Below, piece by piece: positions 28,808-32,953 of a stretch of 32,953 bases of DNA. Made by a program: the position numbers and the translations under genes. Source of the DNA: an uncultured Prevotellaceae bacterium (lineage in GTDB: Bacteria; Bacteroidota; Bacteroidia; Bacteroidales; Bacteroidaceae); NCBI GenBank assembly GCA_958404085.1, contig CATXZX010000001.1:1-32953 (forward strand), given 5' to 3'. Under the pieces are notes generated by a model, which had not been told where the DNA came from, ran no database searches, and saw only the letters and a list, made by a program, of their open reading frames with translations. Position 1 is the stretch's first letter; each line of letters begins with the position of its first letter.

Positions 28808-29372
28808 AAAGTTCGTTTAAGAGTGTCCGGCCGTCCGCTGTCCGGAACATTTCGGTCAGGCGGAGGATGCCGCTACGCACGGAGTCGAGTCCGAATTCGT
28901 CGGCGCACACCGCTTCGAGGGGAATCCAGTGCAGGTCGGCCGCGTCGTCGTGTGCTTCGGGTGTTTCGCCGGGCTCCAGGCGGCACAGAAAGAAGCAGTC
29001 GGTCGTATGGACCAGGAAACCGGAATATAAGTAGGTGTTCGGAAGCGAGAACAGAAAGCGCGCAATGCGGGCGCGGCAGCCTGTCTCTTCGCGGATTTCG
29101 CGTAACATGCCTTCTTCGTTCGACTCGTACGGGTCTACAAAGCCGCCCGGCAGGTCCAGCGTGCCTTTAGCCGGGTTCTTGGCGCGGCGGCATACCAGCA
29201 GCCTGGCCTGCCGGTCGATGATGACGGCCACGGTGGCGGCGCTGGGGTTGAAGTAATACGTAAAACCGCAGTCCGCGCAGTGTTTGGCCTTGAAGTTGTG
29301 TATCTCGAAGTGCTTCGAGCCGCAGCGTGGACAGTAGCGGAACAATGCCAGCGGGTGTTCTTGCGTGTTCAT
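28794..29372 (-). CDS. NUDIX hydrolase with N-terminal zinc ribbon (NudC-like)
   Basis: CPRCG..C..CG zinc ribbon; Nudix box GGFVDPYESNEEGMLREIREETG. Confidence 0.9.
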   Translation of the reverse strand: MNTQEHPLALFRYCPRCGSKHFEIHNFKAKHCADCGFTYYFNPSAATVAVIIDRQARLLVCRRAKNPAKGTLDLPGGFVDPYESNEEGMLREIREETGCRARIARFLFSLPNTYLYSGFLVHTTDCFFLCRLEPGETPEAHDDAADLHWIPLEAVCADEFGLDSVRSGILRLTEMFRTADGRTLLNELYADK

Positions 29373-29393
29373 GGACGGACGGGGCGGAGTGGG

Positions 29394-30539
29394 TTAGTAC
29401 ACATGTTCATCATTTTCCAGTTCCTCGTGCGTGAGCGACCGGCGGTCGATGGCATACCAGGCATGGGCAATGTAGGCCAGTACAAAGGGAACCAGCACCG
29501 ACACGATAGCCATGACGCCGAGGGTGAACTCGCTGGAGCAACTGTTGGATAGCGTGAGCGACCCGGCGGGACTGACTGTCGACGGGTAGTAGGCCATGCC
29601 GTTCCAGCCGGCCAATACGAGCAGGGCAAAGACCGTAAGCACCGTTCCGATACCGGCAGCCCAGATTCCCTTCGTGAACCGTGTGTCGAACGCACTGCGT
29701 AGGACGCCATAAAGCACGCAGACCACGCCGGCTATAAAGACGGCGGCAATCCACGGCGACTGCATCGCGCTCTCCAGATAGGCCAACGGACGGACAACGA
29801 AGTCCGTCCTATTTTGAAATACCAGCCCGCTTTTTGAAAATACATGGCCCGCAAAAGCCACGAACAGGAGGACGAACGGGACGGCATCTGTACGGAGCTG
29901 GCGGCGGCAGCGCTCCACTAATGGCGCATCGGCCAGGTTGTTGATGAAATACAGTGTCCCGAGCAGGCGCGCAAGGAACAGGACGGCCAGTCCCAGTATC
30001 AGGTTCCACGGACCGACAAGGGTGTCGAGCCCGTGCCAGGCGTTGGCCCAGCGGCTGATGGCCGGTGCGAGCTGGTCGGCCATGGCTCCCTTGTCCACCG
30101 AGAAGGCGGCGCCATCGAAGAACGAGGCGACGGCGGCACCCAGCAGCACCGGAGCCGTTACGCCATTGAATACAAGGAAACGGCGGTAGGTTCCGCGTCC
30201 CAGCAGGTTGCCTTTTTTCGATTGGAACTCGTACGAAACGGCCTGGAGTACGAAGCCTAACAGAATAAGCATCCAGAGCCAGTAGGCGCCGCCGAAACTT
30301 GTGCTGTAAAACAGCGGGAAAGAGGCGAAGAAGGCGCCGCCGAAGGTGACGAGCGTCGTAAACGTAAACTCCCACTTGCGCCCTGTCGAGTTGATGAGCA
30401 GGGAGCGTTCGGCCTCGGTACGGCCCAGACGGAAAATCAGCGAATTGCCGCCTTGTACAAAGAGCAGGAAGACCAGCAGGGCGCCCAGCAGCGAGATGAT
30501 GCACCACCAATAGTGCTGAAGAAACGTGTAGGTTATCAT
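29394..30539 (-). CDS. cydB: Cytochrome bd ubiquinol oxidase subunit II
   Basis: MITYTFLQHYWW, GRKWEFTFTTLVTFGGAFFASFP, SLTLSNSCSS; directly downstream of cydA; ATG 30539. Confidence 0.93.
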   Translation of the reverse strand: MITYTFLQHYWWCIISLLGALLVFLLFVQGGNSLIFRLGRTEAERSLLINSTGRKWEFTFTTLVTFGGAFFASFPLFYSTSFGGAYWLWMLILLGFVLQAVSYEFQSKKGNLLGRGTYRRFLVFNGVTAPVLLGAAVASFFDGAAFSVDKGAMADQLAPAISRWANAWHGLDTLVGPWNLILGLAVLFLARLLGTLYFINNLADAPLVERCRRQLRTDAVPFVLLFVAFAGHVFSKSGLVFQNRTDFVVRPLAYLESAMQSPWIAAVFIAGVVCVLYGVLRSAFDTRFTKGIWAAGIGTVLTVFALLVLAGWNGMAYYPSTVSPAGSLTLSNSCSSEFTLGVMAIVSVLVPFVLAYIAHAWYAIDRRSLTHEELENDEHVY

Positions 30540-30562
30540 TGTTATAGTCCGTTTTCTATGTT

Positions 30563-32068
30563 TTACAATCCTTGTTTGTCGGAATGGGGCCCTTGCTGTA
30601 TGGCGCGGAGCATAATGCGTATTTCGGCCGTCAGCAGGACGGTAAACAGCAAGGCGAATATCCAGAACGTCGTCTGTACCGCACCGGTTTCGATTTGCGA
30701 TACGGCGGCGCGCAGGGGGAGCATGTCTTGCACGGCCCAGGGCTGGCGGCCCACTTCGGCCACTATCCAGCCGGCTTGTCCGGCGGCGTAAGCCACGGGG
30801 ATGGTCAGCAGCATCAGTCCGGGCAGCCATTTATAGCGCATGAGCCTGTCTTTGCGTTCGAGTAGCAGGATGGCGGCAAAGAAGAGCAACAGGTAACTGC
30901 CGGCTCCCACCATGACACGGAACGACCAGAACATCAGCGGAACCGGAGGTACCAGTTCTTCCGGGCTGGTCAGGTATCCGTAGCCGAAATAACGGATGTG
31001 CCGGTTCAGACTGTCGCGTGCGGCAGCAGCCGTGGCCGGATCTTTGGTGTCGACGGCGTGGCGGAACGCACCGAATGCTGCTACGGCCGTACGTCCGCGC
31101 TTCATCTTTTCTTCGGCCGGCAGGGCCTTCGTACCGTCGGGCTGCGTGTAGCCGCCGGCTAACAGGTCGTTGATGCCGGGTACGAAACCGTCGGCATCGT
31201 GTGTGGCCAGAAACGAGAGCAGGGCCGGTATCTTCAGGTCGCCGACCAAAGTGAACGGAACACGCCGTCCTCCGTCGTATAGTCCTTCGGCCGTAGCCAG
31301 TTTCATGGGCTGCACCCGGGCTATGCGGACGGCCGACTGGTCGCCCGACCAGGCCACAAGCAGCGATGCCGCCAGTCCTACGGTGGCACCCACCCGTATG
31401 CTGGCCTGTGCAAAGCGGCGGTGGCGGCCCTTCAGCAGGTACCAGCCGCTGACACCCACTACGAACGCGGCTCCCGTAACCCATCCGGACAGTACGCTGT
31501 GGATGAATTTGTCGACGGCCATGGGCGAAAGGGCTACGGCGGCAAAGTCGGTCATCTCGTTGCGTACGGTTTCGGGATTGAACGTCATGCCTACGGGGTA
31601 CTGCATCCATGCGTTGGCCACCAGAATCCACCATGCCGACAGCGTGGCCCCGAGTCCGGTCAGCCAGGTGGCGGCCAGGTGATAGCCGCGGCCCACCTTG
31701 TTCCAGCCGAAGAACATGACGGCAATGAACGTGGCTTCCATAAAGAAGGCCACAATCCCCTCGATAGCCAGCGGAGCGCCGAAAATGTCGCCTACGAACC
31801 AAGAGTAGTTGCTCCAGTTCGTGCCGAACTCGAATTCCAGTATCAGGCCGGTGGCTACGCCCACGGCAAAGTTGATACCGAACAGTTTCATCCAGAACTG
31901 CGCCGTCCGTTTCCAGAATTCGTCCTTGCGTACGACGTACAGTGTTTCCATGATGGCCATGATGACGGCCAGACCGAGCGTGAGCGGTACGAAGAGCCAG
32001 TGGTACATGGCAGTCAGGGCAAACTGTGCCCGTGACCAGTCGATAAGGGAAGTGTCAATCCATTCCAT
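30563..32068 (-). CDS. cydA: Cytochrome bd ubiquinol oxidase subunit I
   Basis: SRAQFALTAMYHW (heme His), EFEFGTNWS, KFIHS, QPMKLA.AEG, FRVMV, EVGRQPW. Confidence 0.96.
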   Translation of the reverse strand: MEWIDTSLIDWSRAQFALTAMYHWLFVPLTLGLAVIMAIMETLYVVRKDEFWKRTAQFWMKLFGINFAVGVATGLILEFEFGTNWSNYSWFVGDIFGAPLAIEGIVAFFMEATFIAVMFFGWNKVGRGYHLAATWLTGLGATLSAWWILVANAWMQYPVGMTFNPETVRNEMTDFAAVALSPMAVDKFIHSVLSGWVTGAAFVVGVSGWYLLKGRHRRFAQASIRVGATVGLAASLLVAWSGDQSAVRIARVQPMKLATAEGLYDGGRRVPFTLVGDLKIPALLSFLATHDADGFVPGINDLLAGGYTQPDGTKALPAEEKMKRGRTAVAAFGAFRHAVDTKDPATAAAARDSLNRHIRYFGYGYLTSPEELVPPVPLMFWSFRVMVGAGSYLLLFFAAILLLERKDRLMRYKWLPGLMLLTIPVAYAAGQAGWIVAEVGRQPWAVQDMLPLRAAVSQIETGAVQTTFWIFALLFTVLLTAEIRIMLRAIQQGPHSDKQGL

Positions 32069-32078
32069 GATAGTATAA

Positions 32079-32336
32079 TTAGTAATCGGTTTCGGGCCCG
32101 GGCGCTTCGTAGCCTGCTGTGCGGCGGTTGCTCAGTTCGCTGCCTACGTATTCCTGTCGCTGTTCTTCGGTCTTTCCCCTCAGGTGAGGCTGGAAAAAGA
32201 ATACGCGCAGAATGGCGAACAGAACGAACAACTTCAGCAGAATCAGCCACCACAACGTGCGTCCTACGGTCATGGACCGGAAACCGTCGCGGTAGAATCT
32301 CCATACGGCCGAGGCTGTGTGCGTCAGGTGTCCCAT
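32079..32336 (-). CDS. DUF4492 small membrane protein (first gene of Bacteroidetes cyd operon)
   Basis: FYRDGFRSMTVGRTLWWLILLKLFVLFAILRVFFF motif; 10 nt upstream of cydA. Confidence 0.85.
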   Translation of the reverse strand: MGHLTHTASAVWRFYRDGFRSMTVGRTLWWLILLKLFVLFAILRVFFFQPHLRGKTEEQRQEYVGSELSNRRTAGYEAPGPETDY

Positions 32337-32432
32337 AGGTTACAAAAGAAGTGTTTTCTGTTCAAATGACAAAGTGATTGTTCCTGTTTTTGACTTCCGA
32401 TTGTAAAAAACGGGCGTGCGGAGAAAAAACAG

Positions 32433-32481
32433 CTGGGCGCTTTTTCGAAATAGGACGGAGATATTTCGAAAAAGCGCCCAG
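32433..32481. repeat. Perfect 20-bp inverted repeat with 9-nt spacer
   Basis: CTGGGCGCTTTTTCGAAATA (32433-32452) / TATTTCGAAAAAGCGCCCAG (32462-32481). Confidence 0.8.
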
Positions 32482-32498
32482 GTAAGGAGTTCGGACTG

Positions 32499-32953
32499 TC
32501 AGCGGACTCGGTGACGCATGGACTTGCTCAACGCCTCGCCGCGCAGTACGACGGGAAGGATGTACCATTTATGCGGTTTGACACATAGCTGGAATATGTG
32601 GATCAGGCGATAGATGGTAGACAGCAGGAGGTTGTGGTGTTTGCGGTAGCAATACATTTTGGAAATGTACAGTTCGCGGAGCGAGAGGCTCCGCACCTTT
32701 TTGGTACTGGCACCGTGCAGGTGCGAAAAACGGTAAAGCGGGTGGACGACACAATGCCATCCCTGCTGTTTCAGACGCATCCCCACGTCGTATTCTTCGT
32801 AATAAAGAAAAATGTTGGGGTCGAAGCCCCCGATGCTCCAGAACTTGTCGGCGGGGAACAGCAGGAGGCAACCGTTTATCTGGGGAGCGCGAAACGTTTT
32901 GTCGTGTACGATTCCTTTTCGCCGGGGATAATGGGCCGGAAAGAACTTTTCCA
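32499..32953 (-). CDS. Family 2 glycosyltransferase, 3' part (5' end outside window)
   Basis: Frame is open to the window edge: ...QINGCLLLFPADKFWSIGGFDPNIFLYYEEYDVGMRL...HLHGAST, a GT2 (WbbL/RfbF-like) C-terminal signature. Confidence 0.85.
   Translation of the reverse strand, partial: EKFFPAHYPRRKGIVHDKTFRAPQINGCLLLFPADKFWSIGGFDPNIFLYYEEYDVGMRLKQQGWHCVVHPLYRFSHLHGASTKKVRSLSLRELYISKMYCYRKHHNLLLSTIYRLIHIFQLCVKPHKWYILPVVLRGEALSKSMRHRVR

Noticed and set aside
7742..32035. Many long antisense or alternative-frame ORFs (e.g. 7742-8860, 12960-14006, 16142-17332, 19300-20487, 25046-26209, 26666-28156, 30831-31802)
   Set aside because: Shadows of well-supported high-GC genes; Arg/Pro-rich or motif-free

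Overview
Bacteroidales (Prevotellaceae/Bacteroidaceae-like) chromosomal window, judged from gene content and repeated TAnnTTTG -7 promoter elements. The left ~4.9 kb is an AT-richer accessory segment: a disrupted GH106/GH2-like glycoside hydrolase gene (in-frame TAG, G7 frameshift, abrupt 3' truncation), an SGNH/GDSL esterase and an apparently intact IS4-family element with 20-bp imperfect inverted repeats. Core genes follow: DUF2795, PduO-type adenosyltransferase, a conserved hypothetical, a stand-alone ~63-nt sRNA candidate with its own promoter and terminator, the gltB-gltD-asnB-dapF-dapL-glnA(GSIII) nitrogen operon, MATE/CMK-like/metallophosphoesterase, menA, orphan rfbB, a secreted macroglobulin-like protein with an apparent internal deletion and low-GC variable segment, tex, a NUDIX hydrolase, DUF4492-cydA-cydB and the 3' part of a GT2 glycosyltransferase. 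The most unusual non-coding signals are the sRNA, whose body is antisense to a generic Bacteroidetes start-codon region, and a dispersed family of ~21-22-bp-period TTTTCGAAA-type repeats/palindromes in four intergenic regions. No CRISPR array, tRNA, rRNA or clearly novel multi-gene system was seen.
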